NCBI GenBank assembly: GCA_951406725.2 | Contig: OX597819.1 | Location: 79,112,001 to 79,176,000 of the forward strand | Direction of reading: 5' to 3' | Source: Octopus vulgaris | Taxonomy: Eukaryota | Length of the DNA stretch: 64,000 nt | Translations under genes and position numbers: made by a program | Notes under the pieces: generated by a model | What the model saw: the letters and a program-made list of their open reading frames with translations, nothing else | What the model was told of the DNA's origin: nothing | Database searches by the model: none | In this document: piece by piece, positions 29,800 to 43,730 of the stretch | Position numbering within the stretch: the stretch's first letter is position 1 | Layout of the letters: the number at the start of each line of letters is the position of its first letter

Positions 29800-29879
29800 A
29801 TAATAATAATAATAATAATAAGAAGAAGAATAAGAATAACAGCAACAACAACAACAACAACAATAATAATGATGATAAC

Positions 29880-29946
<67 letters not shown>

Positions 29947-31900
29947 TGGCTACCGCGCTGCTATATATAGACAGTACGAGTAAGAAAAAAGAATTTAGCA
30001 GTTAGATGGATAAATTACAGGAAAGCTTGCGACGATGTTCCACACAGCTGGCTCTTGGAATGTCTGAGGACGCTTAGAATCAATGAGAAGATAAACGGCT
30101 TTATGGAAAAAGACAATGAGAGTGTGGAAAGTAGAACTGGTGTGAGCAAATGAATCGCTAGGAAACGTGGAAATACTCAGGGATATTTTCCAGGGACACT
30201 CGCTCTTTCTACTACTCCTCGTCATTGCGTTAATCCCTCTGACAAATATATTGAGAAAATCCAGGTCTACCTATGAGTTTACCAAATTCAAGGTGAAGAT
30301 ATATAATCTGCTTTACATGGGTGACCTCAATCTATATACAAAAAATGAGAAGGACTGGATTCTTTGATCCAAACAGTAGAAGTATTCAGACAAATTAGTG
30401 GAATAAATTTTGGAGTTAGTTTTCAGTGCTAATTATGAAGAGAGACCGGAAGATAAACTCTGATGGCATAACCCAGGCCTACCTATGAGCTTACCAAATT
30501 CAAGGTGAAAATATATCATCTGCTTTACATGGGTGACCTCAATCTATATACAAAAAATGAGAAGGACCTGGATTCTTTGATCGAAAGAGTAGAGGTATTC
30601 AGTCAAATTAGTGGAATACATTTTGGAGTAAGTTTTCAGTGCTAATTATGAAGAGAGACCGGAAGATAAACTCTGATGGCATAAAATTATTACGAGGCAA
30701 CAACATTAAATCGTTGTGGAATAATGTAGGATACAAATATCTAGGAGTGCTGTGTGAGGATAAGATAATGGAAGAAGAAATGAGTTAGAAAATCTCTAAA
30801 GCGTACAAAGGGGAATTGGAAAGGGACTCGAAACACAATCAAATGGAGGGAATACCATTAAAGCAACAAATACACGGGCTATGTCTGTATTGAGATACTC
30901 TGCTCCTATTCTAGACAAGGTCTGAGCTACAGAACCTGGGTAGAAGAACTAGAAAGCGGCTCACAATACACAACGCACACCACCCTGAAAGTAATACCAA
31001 CAGACTTAACCTATAGAGAAAGAAAGGAGGCAGAGGATTACCAAATGCAGAAGACACCGTTTGTTCTGCGATATCGGGATTAAAAAATTATGCAGAATAA
31101 AGAAAGAATACTATCGGCAGCTAGAGGTGCCAAACAAGTGAGTGGAATATAGAAGAATGTAAAGAGAGAAGGAAGAACAATAGAACAAGCAAATGGAATT
31201 ACATGGCCAATTCTTGCTTGCAACAAACCGAGAATGTTGAATGTAAAGAACGCCGGCTCTGACTGATGAACAGGAACCTGAAACGAGAGACCGAAACGTT
31301 AATTAAAGCCGCTCAGGAACAAACCATTAGAACAAATCTGATAAAGGCAAAAATCGACATAACTCAGTTAGACAGCAAAAGTAGAATCTGCAGGAAAGGA
31401 GACGAAAGTATCAATCATATTTTGAGTGAGTGCAGTATACTATCAGAAAAAGTGTGTAAGCACAGACATGACTGTGTAGGTGAAGGAGTGTAATGGGATG
31501 TTAGTGCAGTGTGTGGTTTCAAAATAACAGAAAAGTTGTATGAACACGAACTAGAGGCTGTGATAGAAAATGAGCTTCACCATAGAAACTGACCGTACTA
31601 TTGAAACAAAAAGACTAGACATGATTCTAGAAGACACTTCGCAATTCTAGAGGAAATAAGAAAGAAATTGAGAAATATCAGGATCTAGCCAGAAAGCTGA
31701 GGAGACTGTGAAAGAGTAAGACAACAATTATTCCTGAGATAATTGGTACAATTGGCACAACACCCAAAAATGCTACTTAAAAGACGGTACTTTTCTGTTG
31801 ACCCGCAGAAAAGTACGATCCTATATTCTGCATGAAATTTAAGAAATATTCTTGAGATTTTATGAGACTTGTTTTCACCAAACTTCAAGAATAAATTCTT
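29947..31900 (+). mobile_element. Decayed R4/Dong-type LINE (RT, zinc knuckle, endonuclease)
   Basis: KNLAVRWINYRKACDDVPHSWLLECL, GIFQGHSL, LLYMGDLNLY, GYKYLGV, LKRETETLIKAAQEQ, RICRKGDESINHILSEC. Begins directly after a long (TAA)n tract. Internal tandem duplication at 30261-30471 / 30473-30684. Confidence 0.9.
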
Positions 31901-32207
31901 GATAATGAAATTAGCACGTACTTGATTATTCTTCTTTCACATTCTCCGAATAGCACTACACCATGACATATGAGGATAATAAGGAGAAGGAGATAGAAAA
32001 AGAGAAAAACGGTCAAATTGTTGAGGTAACAAGGACAAGAAAAAAAAACAAAAGAAAAAGACAGAAAAATGAACCTCAGTGGACAGCAATGAAAAGTTCA
32101 TGATGCGATCCCATAACATCACTGTGGTTTCTGGAATGCTTTATATAGGAAGAGAACGGCTAATGAACGAGCTAGATAACTTACAGGAACAACTTGGAGG
32201 TGAATAG

Positions 32208-32560
32208 TAGACATCTGTCGGTCTCGAGAGACCATGGATCTGCGCCCTTAGAAATTGTGTAATCTGTTGATGATGGTGAAGCGTTTTCTGTGGTTGTAAA
32301 GGCCCACATAGGAGTAGCAGTCACGCATACAGCGACTGTATTTGAAGGAGCACTCTACTGGCGCTACTGGTTTTTCCTTCCGTCGAGTGCACTTTTCTCT
32401 GGTGGCGTTTTCCTGTTTTCTCCTCGCTTCATCCCCACTAACAGTATTTGCCTCCTGTGTGGGTGATCATTTGCGACCTCCTCCCATCTCAGAACGTTCA
32501 GATCTATTGTCTTAATATCTCTCTTGCAGACGTCCTTGAAACGAAGATGAGGTCGAATAT
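32208..32560 (-). mobile_element. RTE (BovB-like) LINE 3' end
   Basis: Minus frame reads RPHLRFKDVCKRDIK...WEEVAND, then C-terminal CMRDCYSYVGLYNHRKR. The terminus CCATGGTCTCTCGAGACCGACAGATG is typical of RTE 3' ends. Confidence 0.8.
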
Positions 32561-32713
32561 GCAAATAAATGAGACATCACTATATGAAGGATACCAAAGG
32601 CCACGATTTTATTCTTACAAAATATTGTACTCACATCACAATCGTAGACACATTCTTTTCACCTATGAAGGAAGAAGGAAGAAGAAGAATTTCATTCAGT
32701 CATGATTGACCAT

Positions 32714-32778
<65 letters not shown>

Positions 32779-32781
<3 letters not shown>

Positions 32782-32986
32782 ATAGCGTATGTACCGTTGG
32801 CGATTTTTTTTTCCTCCGTCTTCCCTTCTCTGGATCTTTCCTTTTCCTATGTTTCTGACGAAGAACTCCGCTCGAAACGTAAAACCCTCCTTCTTCCCTT
32901 CCTTCCTGAGCGTCCAATAATACTATATTTGTTCCACGTCCTCGCGTTGTTGTGCTTTCTTTTTGCGTTTACATGTTTGGATTAAC
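32779..32986 (+). mobile_element. Short (TA)n-inserted element with hammerhead (probable PLE pLTR fragment)
   Basis: About 200 bp flanked by (TA)n on both sides. Contains the hammerhead at 32851 and a GAGCGTC.A..TAA..C tail also seen in the 57276 and 61258 elements. Confidence 0.7.
32851..32885 (+). ncRNA. Minimal type I hammerhead ribozyme
   Basis: GTTT-CTGACGA-A-GAAC-TCC-GCTC-GAAA-CG-TA-AAAC: stem I GTTT/AAAC, intact core, one stem II mismatch, palindromic ACGT helix III. Confidence 0.7.
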
Positions 32987-33017
<31 letters not shown>

Positions 33018-33812
33018 TCACGCACACATGCACACATACACATACACACATGCAAACACACACACACACACACATTTATATACATAAATATATATTATAC
33101 TCAAATATCCCTAAAATCAAAATCAAATTATCAATAAATTTCCTTAAAATCCCTGTTATTGTTATGATGAAATGTATTATTGTTGTTGTATAGGTTTGTT
33201 GTTGCGTTGGTGATGATATTTGTGTTGTTCTGGTTGTTACTATTGTTATTGTGGCTGATGTTGTTGTTATCGTCATCGTTGTTGCTGTTGAAACATCAGA
33301 TAAGATTTGAAACAGCTGCTTCTTAAATGGTTTGCCTCAATATTTACACAATAATGTGATGTGCGTATGCGTGCGTATGTGTGTCCGTGTGTGCGTTTGC
33401 GTATGTGTGCCTGTGTGCGTGCGTATGTATGAGAATACAATAATGTAGATGTGTGCGTATGTATGCATATATAAATATACATACATGATTTACAGATTTG
33501 TACGCACACACACACATAGATGTTATCAGCCATCACTCCTGAATGGGATTTGGTGTGAGTTGTCTCACCTGTCCATAATTTTCAGGTGTTTTAACATCCA
33601 CCGCCCACTGGCAAATACACGGGGTATATATACATTAGGTACAAATGGTCGAGAGTATTTATTGCACTATCGCTGCTTTTATTTCATATTTGAATACAGA
33701 CACGCGCGCGCGCGAGCGTATATATATATACATATTATATACACACACATATATTTATACATACATACATACATACATATACATACATACATATACATAC
33801 ACACATACGTAT

Positions 33813-33868
<56 letters not shown>

Positions 33869-34117
33869 GTATATGTCGAACGACAAAAATGAGTGCTCAA
33901 CACCGCATTGGTGGATACAATTTTTTTGTTTGTGAATTAAGTCTACCTTTGGTTTCATGTTAAGAAAAGTAGGAAAATATCCTAGTGTCTTAAAAATTTT
34001 TCAAGTCGATCACTTGGAAGAAGGTTTACACCTCAATTTTGGCAAACTTAAATGTGTGTGTATGTGTATATATATATCTATATATATATATGTGTGTGTG
34101 TGTGTGCGTGTGTGTGC

Positions 34118-34150
<33 letters not shown>

Positions 34151-34153
<3 letters not shown>

Positions 34154-34417
34154 CACTTCTCGACTTACGACCGTGTGTTCCGTTCCGGCTGACAGGTCGT
34201 ATGTCGGATTTATATTTTTCAGCACTATTTTCATTCAAACACAACTGATACTTGAAAGCGATTGAGTGGATGCCTGGGTCTGAGGGTGGCCTGCGTTGCC
34301 AGATGCCCAACGCCTGAAAATCGATTTATTGGATTTAATTTTTATTTTCTTATTTTTTGTGGTCGTAAGTGTAGATGGTTGTAAGTCGCATAGGTCGTAA
34401 GTCGAAAAGAAAGTGTA
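34151..34417. mobile_element. pogo/Tigger-like MITE
   Basis: Inverted termini CACTTCTCGACTTACGACC / GGTCGTAAGTCGAAAAGAAAGTG, subterminal GGTCGTAAGT repeats, TA flanks. Confidence 0.65.
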
Positions 34418-34657
34418 TTTAAATTCAGGTTTGCATGAATTCGTAAGTCCTTATCTATCCTTAAATGTACAGGACTATTCCAATGTTTTGTTCTGTTTTG
34501 AGCGCGAAAACTAAAACGAGATATTAGCGATGAAAGGCAGAATATCCAGCTGTTATATTTGTGGTAGAAAGATACACTTGACAGCTTTCTCTCCAGGGGA
34601 ATTGGAATGATGGTGAAAGAGAGAGAAAGAGAGAGAGAGGGAGAGAAGGAGATAGAC

Positions 34658-34752
<95 letters not shown>

Positions 34753-34954
34753 GTGGTGAGCGTCGGTCTGGTGATGTCCTGGAAATGGTAAAGATTACCA
34801 CGTTCTCTTCCTCAGAAGCAAACAATGTCAAAGCACCAATCCCAGCAGTACCACCTCATCGACTCATGACAATGGGGAGAAGTATCGACGTTATATAAGA
34901 CAAATGATATACCGCTGCAGAGCAAAAAAAAGGTAAAACTGGCATTCTGCTGGC

Positions 34955-35258
34955 TATGACGACGAGGGTTCCAAGTTGATCCCATTGACGGAACAGCCTG
35001 ATCGTGAAATTGACGTGCAAGAGGCTGAGCACTCCACAGATATATGTACCCATATCGTAGTTCTCAGCGAGATTCAGCGTGATACAGAATTTGGCAAGGA
35101 TGGCTCTTTGGTATACAGGTACTGCTCATCTTTTGTCAGCTGAGTGGATTGGACCAACGTGAAATAAAGTAACTTGCTCAAATGACACAACACGTCGCCG
35201 GGAATTGAACTCACGACCTTACGATCGTGAGTCGAATATCCTAAGCACTAAGCCACGC
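34955..35258 (-). mobile_element. SINE family C, diverged copy
   Basis: GACGACGAGGGTTCC...GGAACAGCCTG...GGCTGAGCACTCCACAGA shared with 14362-14744; tRNA-like head at ~35200-35258. Confidence 0.75.
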
Positions 35259-35970
35259 AGAGAGAAAGAAAAAAAAAAAAGGAAAAACCCTAGAAAATTG
35301 TCAATAGGAGAAAGCATAAGGTATTTTAAATGATACTATGAATACCACACTCTGCAGAATAGCATGCACTTCAGGGCATTGAGAACGAGCAATGTGTCAT
35401 AGAGATCTCAGCTGATCCCCTACAAAATTAATGGTGACGTGGAGGATTTGTAGATGTCATACAGGAGACAAGCAAATTGTAGGATGTTGATGAAGGCCAA
35501 CTACATTTGAGATTTACCATATTAAAAAATATAAAACACCCAGAAATTGTTGGTTGCTTTTCCGCATGACCAACACGAAATCTGCTCATGTGCGCCCATC
35601 TATTGCACCTGTTTTGGGTATAATGAGTGAAAGTCGAATGGAGTCGTGGGATACTCTGATCTAACAGCTCTGATGGGTCCTCACTCGTGTATGTGTGAGA
35701 CAGAGTTACGTAATGAGTTTCATCCTTTAAGTTACATCTTGTTTTAATTCTGTTTTTATATAATCATATATTTATTTCATTTACAGACGTAGCCAAAAGT
35801 TTGGAACGTGGGTCTGAAAATGAGAATTTTTGTATTAAATGCCCAAAGTTATAATTTGCTCCAAGTGCCCCTACAACTACTGAGATGACAGTTACTCTAT
35901 TATTATTGAGTGAGAGAGCAGTGCATGCCATCAAAGTGACACTGGGGTATTATTATTATTATTATTATTA

Positions 35971-36863
35971 TTCTATGTTTGACTTTTGCTTTATATTTGT
36001 ACAAGTTGGCTCCAAGTCTCACCCAGAGACCTCAAGAGACAACAGGGTTGGAAGTTCATGTTGTTGTTATGCCTAGTGTGCCATATATTTGGGGGTGGGG
36101 ATGTTGTACTAATGAATGTCTAAAAAAGGGTTTTTTTTTTTTTTAAACCGAAAATTATGTTTGTTTTAAACCTTGAGATTACATAGAGAGTATTTTGCGT
36201 AGGATATGAGCAGTTCCCATGAGCACTATCTTTTGAACTTCTGCCATTTTTGGGTTTCCTGGTATCTGAGTTAGGTAGCTATCAGCCCCTTTTGCTATCA
36301 TTCCCAGGGCACCTATGACAACAGGTATTGTTTTAGTCTTCAGCTTCCACATTTTGCTGATTTCTATTTCAAGATCTTTATATTTGCTCAGTTTTTGGTA
36401 GGTCTTGACAGATACGTTTATATCGATTGGGACAGTCATATCAATGAGGAGGCATGTTCTTTGTTTGAAGTCTTTCAATATGATGTCTGGCCTATTTGCA
36501 TCTATCTTCCTGTCAGTTTGAATGGTGAAGTTCCAGAGGAGTGAGATGTGGTCACTTTCAAGCACTGGGGGTGGTTTGTGTTCCCACCAGTTTTTTTCAT
36601 GGGGCAAATCCAGGTTTTTACAGATTACCCAGTGAATATATTGTGCAGCTCTATCGTGCCTGTTGAGATACTCTGTAGGCGCTAGAAGACTGCACTTGGA
36701 GACCACATAGTCAATGGTTTCATTTTGTTGCTTGTATACACGACACGTTGGACTGCTTCTGATCTTTAATATGTTGGCCTGGTAGTTTCTTGTTGGTAGG
36801 CATTGATCTTGAGCTGCTATGATAAACCCCTCTGTTTCAGATTTTAAGCCAGAGGCCATTAGC

Positions 36864-36867
<4 letters not shown>
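35971..36867 (-). mobile_element. R4/Dong-type LINE, 5'-truncated, intact C-terminal frame (36179-36859)
   Basis: 226-aa frame reads GLKSETEGFIIAAQDQ, CRVY...ETIDYVVSKC (CCHC remnant), RHD, NRPDI, IDMTVP, KLSKY, VVIGALG. (TAA)n lies on both sides. Confidence 0.95.
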
Positions 36868-36935
<68 letters not shown>

Positions 36936-37487
36936 CATCATCAAGAACAAAAATGAGGGGAAAAGAAGAAAGGCAAGGCCAACCTCAGTGGAGTTTGAAA
37001 TCAGAACGTGCTTTGCATCTTACCGTCTTGCTAACGATTCTGCCGGCTCGCCATCTCTCAGACTTTGTAATATTCTTTTGTACAAGAGGCACAGGGCCTA
37101 TGATAAATTTGAGGGTGGATTACATCTACTCTACTGAGTCGATTACATCTACTCCAGTGAGTAACTGGTATTTATTTAATCGACCGCGAGAGTATGAAAG
37201 GTAAAGTCGACCCCGGCAGAATTTGTACTCAGAATGTGAAGACGGATGAAATATCGCTAAGCATTTTGCCCGGTGTGCTAATGTTTCTGCCAGCTTACTG
37301 TCTTCAGACTTTGTAATACTAGAATTTACTTTCAGTTTTTCTCATTGAGACTCTATTTTACATACACACAGACACACACGCGCGCGCGCATACTCAATTT
37401 ACTCGTGTTTCACAAAGCCGATGATACATACATACATGTATCACTCTCTCTCTCTGTAAATGTATATATATATATTATATATTTATA

Positions 37488-38021
37488 CTGGAATAATTAT
37501 TGTGAAGCATTGTGTAGAATATATTACATAAAGAATCGTGGGTAAGGCCAAAACAATGCAAAGTAAATGCAAAGTAAATCACAAGAAAACAAATATGTGA
37601 ATTAATGTAGACTTACCTTGTATTGAATATTTCGGGGTTATGGCCCCATTTTCAAGAAATAGATGAATGTTGCCGATGTGCGTGTGTGTGAGCGTGTGTG
37701 GACTGGACATATGCGGAAATGTGTTGCTTCCTGTAACTCTCTTCTGTTGTTGATCTTGGGTTTCTTTTGGTGTATAAGGATGGCCTCAGAGATTCTAAGG
37801 TTACCCCTGTTCTTCTGTGTTACCTTGATGTGCAACACCTTTCTGCGCATGTCCATTCCACACACGCTTACACACACGCTCATCAGTAACATTCGTCTAT
37901 TTCTTGAAAATGGGGTCATAACTCCGAAATATTGAATACAAGATAATTTCACATACATGTTTTCTTGTGATTTACCTTGCATTTACTTCACATTGTTTTG
38001 GCTTTACCTCCGATCCTTTAT

Positions 38022-38030
<9 letters not shown>
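37488..38030 (-). mobile_element. Hairpin-plus-tail element in (TA)n
   Basis: Imperfect inverted arms ~37519-37727 and ~37830-38030, with a ~30-nt unpaired extension at 37488-37518. The arm end recurs at ~52670-52728. Confidence 0.75.
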
Positions 38031-38085
<55 letters not shown>

Positions 38086-38212
38086 AATACAATAAGAGGC
38101 TTCCAAATAGGAAAGCGTTGTGCTAGAAAGGGCAGTAGAAATCTCAAGGCCACAAAAAGGGATAAATTCACGAAAGGAATGAAAATTAAAAACGTTTACT
38201 ATCTCAACTATT

Positions 38213-38282
38213 TCCCAGACCGCGGTTTCTAACTATTTCCAGCAAAACAATATTCGCTGAAGGCCAGTTTTCTTCAGTGGGA
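38213..38282 (-). ncRNA. Type I hammerhead ribozyme within (TA)n-flanked element ~38090-38430
   Basis: Minus strand reads TCCCA-CTGAAGA-A-AACT...CAGCGAATATTGTTTTGCTG...AGTT-A-GAAA-CCGCGG-TC-TGGGA: 5-bp stem I, extended stem II, palindromic helix III, GUC site. Confidence 0.8.
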
Positions 38283-38427
38283 CAGCCTTTAGATTTCAGA
38301 CATACAGATCGCCAGATCCACATGTAGAACTAACGGTTTGTAAATCCTAACTTTTCAAACCACTGCGCAGACGCAGATTATACCCGGCGACAGAGAGGAT
38401 GCCGGTAAAAATTTCGAACAAATTTAT

Positions 38428-38473
<46 letters not shown>

Positions 38474-38478
<5 letters not shown>

Positions 38479-39120
38479 CGGGTGTTGTGAGAATAGTTTC
38501 CTTCGTCTGTAAGTCATTGCAAATGCATATACAAATGTGTATGTGTGCTTGTGTGTGTGTGAGTATGTGTGTACGCGCGCGCGAGTATGCTATACATGCC
38601 TAAGTGAATGTTTTCAGAGAGAGGTAGAGTGAGAGAGAGACAGACAAACAAAGAGACAGAGAAATAAAGAGAAAGAGAGAATAGGAGAGAGAAGAGAAAT
38701 GGAAAATGTGTGTGAGAGGTGAGATGATTCACGTAGTTAGCTGTACCCTGATGTCTAAATCACTGTCGTCTGCTTTTGTTTCTTGTGGCTAATCATCTGG
38801 ATATAAATCTCTGAGATACACAAACTCCCTCACTCACTCTCCTTTTCTCCCTCTCTCTCATCCTCATTCTCTCCTCACACATTACTTTTGCCTTTCACTT
38901 TCACACAAGGCACATTTCTTATATCTTCTCTCTCACATCCTCTTCAAGCGCCTTCATCACAGTTCTATTTCTTTCTTTCTTTCCTCTTTTGTTAATCCGT
39001 TCCTTCTCTCTATCTATCTAACTCGACCACTTGTCATTATTTTTACCCATTCCTAATTACGCCTGGTTTTTTCTTTTACTCTAACTCTTTTCCTCTTTTC
39101 ATTCCGAGGACCCCATAACC
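38474..39120 (+). mobile_element. Possible decayed solo LTR
   Basis: Termini TATTACGGG...CCCCATAACC resemble TGTTAYGGG...CCCRTAACA, with an internal TATAAAT at ~38802. No TSD, PBS or PPT confirmed. Confidence 0.3.
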
Positions 39121-39248
39121 CTTCTCCACTTTTTTTGCCAGAACAAAGTGGCTTGCGTTGGATTTGGAGGTAAGTCACATTGAATGCACTCGAAAAAAAA
39201 AAAACCTGTCGAAAAAAAAAAAAAACGGCCCTTTACAAAATATTTACC

Positions 39249-39420
39249 CAAGATCGAGACAGGAATGCGAATAGAACGATTGATGAAACTGATGAAGCAA
39301 AGGCTGGGCGTCTCGCGGAACAGAGGGAAAGAGACAGAAGCAGGAGACATCATGAATCGAACACTCGGAAAGCTGAACGTCTGGCGAAACAGAGAGAAAA
39401 AGACAAAAGCAGGAGATGCA
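39249..39420 (+). mobile_element. Fragment encoding STPR-like repeats (probable Helitron N-terminus)
   Basis: Frame reads ETDEAKAGRLAEQRERDRSRRHH-ESNTRKAERLAKQREKDKSRR, a 23-aa periodic E(T/S)xxxxxxRLxxQRE repeat. Confidence 0.5.
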
Positions 39421-39880
39421 TGAATCGGATGCTCATGTGAATACAAATGGAATAAAACAAGTTTTGCGTAAACCGGACCACGGGTTATCGAGATACGCGT
39501 TTTTTTCAGGTACCTTTATAAATAGCCAAACCGGCGTATAATGGGAAAATGCTTTGAAATAAGGTACCATTTAAATCTGAATGCACACGGAATAACAGAA
39601 GTTTCACGTAAATTGAACAATGGATTCCCAAAATACGCAGTTTTTTCGGGTACCTTGAACTATTGGTGGCCCTGCAGATTACGGGTAGTCTGGTATTATA
39701 TTTTATTGGGTAGTTCTTGCGTTTCGATTCGTACGTTTGAGTGATTGGTGGTGGTGTGTTTGTTTTAAATGTCGAAATCCCTACCGAACAACGCATAGTG
39801 GACGACCCTAGGGCTAGCGGTACAGCAAGGACACCAACAAGAGTATCCTTCTCCTCTTCCTCCTCATTATCATCATCACT

Positions 39881-39932
<52 letters not shown>

Positions 39933-40054
39933 CCATTGACATTGTCGTTGACGTCGTCATAATCCTTATCTTCATCATCGTCCTCCTCCCTTCCTTGTCG
40001 TCGTCGTCATCATCATCATCGTCGACATCATCATCATCATCATCATCATCGTCG

Positions 40055-40112
<58 letters not shown>

Positions 40113-41066
40113 AACAATAATTGTCGCCGATTAACAATAGCAACATCAACACAAAACCTTGAACATTAAATTTTAGTCTAACCCTAACCCTAAAACAGTT
40201 TTCTGGTCATGACTCGTTTCCCCCCAGAGCCATATTATATCTTTACTTTTTACTTTTACCAGTCATCAGAGTGCGGCCATGCTAGAGCACCGCCTGGGAA
40301 AATATGGAGCGCTTCACGAATTTGTCATCCTTGCGTAGTGGTCATGCTGATCTTCTCTGTATCGTTCCAATTTTTATATATATATATTGCTTGTCAAAAA
40401 CGCGCACCGCCCCTAAAAAATAAACACCAATCATATTTAACGTAGAAGTTGAAAATACTAACAACCCCAGTAGTTTACTGGTACTTTATCAATCCCTGGA
40501 AAATTGCGTCAAATCATACATTAACTAGAAAGACGCTGCAAGATGAATAAACTTAAAACATTAATAAACTTGCGAAACGGTCATATTTTAGATACCGCAC
40601 ACATACATATGCAAAAATACATACATACACACATACATACCGACATACATACAGACATACATACAAACATACACGTGCACAGAAATAAAAAGACACAAAC
40701 ACATACACATACAAGCAGATATTTGCGCATGCGCATTAAGGTGTGGCCTATATATAGTTTCACCTCCCAAATACACACGCACACACAATCACGAACACAC
40801 GTATATGTATGTATGGATATGTATGAGCGTATGTGTGTATATATATGTATTATATGTATGTGTATATGTATGCATGCATGTATACATACATACATACATA
40901 TACATACATACATACATACATACATACATACATACATACATACAAATATATATATACATATATATATATACACATATATATATACATATATATACATATA
41001 TATATACATATATATATATATATACATATATATATGTATGTATGTATGTGTGTATATATATATATG

Positions 41067-41105
<39 letters not shown>

Positions 41106-41434
41106 GTATATATATCTATATATATATATATATATATTTATAGGTGTTCTCAAAATCATTTATGTGTACAGGCATTTATAAAATGTGATGCGTAAGTGTG
41201 TGTATGTGTGTGAGTGTGTGTATGTGCATGTGTATGTGAATATGTGAATATGTGTATGTGTATAGTTAATTTATCAAAAAACACTACTCTTCATAAATCT
41301 TTCCCCATTTCAACATGTACTAATCACAAGTGCGCCCACACACGCGCATACCCCCTCCACCACATACAGAGGCACAACGTATACAAACACTCAGAGACAC
41401 AACAGTCTTTACAAACACACACACACACAAATAT

Positions 41435-41531
41435 CTTCGTCGTCATCGTCGTCGCCTTCATCGTCGTCGCCTTCATCGTCGTCGCCGTCGTCATCGTCAT
41501 CATCATCATCATCATCACCACCATCACCATC

Positions 41532-41563
<32 letters not shown>

Positions 41564-41680
41564 CATCACCACCACCATCATCATCATCATCATCATCATC
41601 ACCATCATCACCACCATCATCATCATCATCATCACCATCATTACCATCATCACCATCCTCACCATCATCATCACCATCAT

Positions 41681-41712
<32 letters not shown>

Positions 41713-41722
41713 TCATCACCAC

Positions 41723-41760
<38 letters not shown>

Positions 41761-41827
41761 CCACCACCACCACCACCACCACCACCACTACCATCATCAT
41801 CATCATCATCATCACCATCATCATCAC

Positions 41828-41871
<44 letters not shown>

Positions 41872-41915
41872 CCACCATCATCATCATCAACATCATCATC
41901 ATCACCATCATCATT

Positions 41916-41955
<40 letters not shown>

Positions 41956-41998
41956 CCACCACCACCACCACCACCATCTTCATCATCATCATCGCCAT
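41435..41998. repeat. Long (CAT)n/(CAC)n microsatellite
   Basis: Seen directly; source of the poly-H/I/M/D ORFs. Confidence 0.95.
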
Positions 41999-42232
41999 CT
42001 TTTTGACCTCGACCAACTACGACAAAAACAGAACTAAAAATTTCCCGTAGTGAGACGCTCATACATAAAGAAAACATACATACGCACTTACACACACACA
42101 TACAGACATACACACAAGCATACGTAATTACATACACACGCATGCACATACAAACACACATATATATAATTATATATACATATATATAGATATACACGCA
42201 CATATACATACACACCGTACATATAAAATGTA

Positions 42233-42274
<42 letters not shown>

Positions 42275-42545
42275 TAGATAGAGATAGATAGATACACACA
42301 CACACATGCACACACACACATAAACACATATATATGCATATATAATAAACATTTATATATGCATATATACATCCATGCACACACACAAATATACATACTA
42401 ACAATCGCACAAATACATACATATACACTCTGATACACACATACGTAATATCTATACATGCGTATACAGGTACATACTTGTGCTCGCATATATAGATATA
42501 CAAGCATCACATACATGTATATGTGCGTTTGCATGTGTGCATATG

Positions 42546-42583
<38 letters not shown>

Positions 42584-42742
42584 TATATACATGTGTGTGT
42601 GTATGTATGCATGTATATGTGCACCTGTGTGTGTCTGTGTGCATGTGTGTATGTGTGTATGCGTGTGTTAGAGCGTGCATGCGGGTATGTGTGTGTGTGT
42701 GCGTGTGCGTGCGTGTGTGTATGTGTGTGCGTGTGCGTGTGC

Positions 42743-42782
<40 letters not shown>

Positions 42783-43663
42783 AAACAAATCTTTAAAACA
42801 ATGCACTGTCTGCATTGTTCTGTTACTATGGCAACGACAGTTCCTTTCTAAAACAATAATATAAAAAAACAACAATAAAAATAAATAATAATCACAATAA
42901 CAATAACAACAACAACAGCGGTAGCGAGCAAAACAATAAGAAAATAATAAACAAATGGTGCGGTATTGCCACATGATGAATGTGGGCAGTTAATGACCCT
43001 ACTGCTATGACGGCGTGAGCCTATCATGTGGAGAAGGGCGGGTCACTGACAGGAACAGTATTTCAAACGAGGGTCGGTGTAAGGGTGAGCGGGGTGGGGT
43101 CGCTAAGAGAAATAGAGAGAGAGAAAGAGAAAGAGAGAGAGAGAGATGAGGGAGAGAGAGATGAGGGAGAGAGAGAGAGGAGAAAGTGAGGTGAGGAGGC
43201 GAGAAGAGGAATGAGAAGTTACGGAGTGAAGTGAAAGTGGCGGTGGAGCAGGGCGAAGAGGAAGTAGAAGAAGAAGGAGAAGAAGAAGAAGAAGAAGAAG
43301 AAGAAGAAGAAGAAGAAGAAGAAGAAGAAGAAGAAGAAGAAGAAGAAAAAGAAGAAGAAGAAGAAGAAGAAGTAGAAGAAGAAGCAGAAGAAGAAGAAGA
43401 AGAAGAAGAAGAAGAAAGTGAGAGCATATGAAGGGAAGTAAAAAACAGACAGGAGTGGGAAAATGGACATAATGACGCATGGAAGAGTACGAGTGAGAGT
43501 GAGCGATAGAGATAGAGGAAGAGCGAGAAAGATGGAAAAAAGAAAGAGACTGAAAGAGAGAGAGAGTGAGAGACAGAGAAAGAGAGAGAAGAGGGAGGGG
43601 AGGGTAATGTTTGCAATTTTGAGTGCGTATTGGTAAACGTTTTCGCTGGTTGTGTAAATATGT

Positions 43664-43730
<67 letters not shown>

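Noticed and set aside
31263-31300. CTGATGAACAGGAACCTGAAACG
   Set aside because: Part of the LINE frame LMNRNLKRETE; no UH site or stem I.
35288-35700. Possible piggyBac traces (HKVF, MSYRR, NCWLLFR)
   Set aside because: Too degenerate; no TTAA-bounded TIR pair found.
37826-37892. Minus-strand CTGATGA-GCGTGTGT...ACATGCGC-A-GAAA-GGTGTTGCACA-TC
   Set aside because: Extra base before GAAA, no adjacent stem I, the other arm lacks the core, and it points away from the tail unlike the accepted cases.
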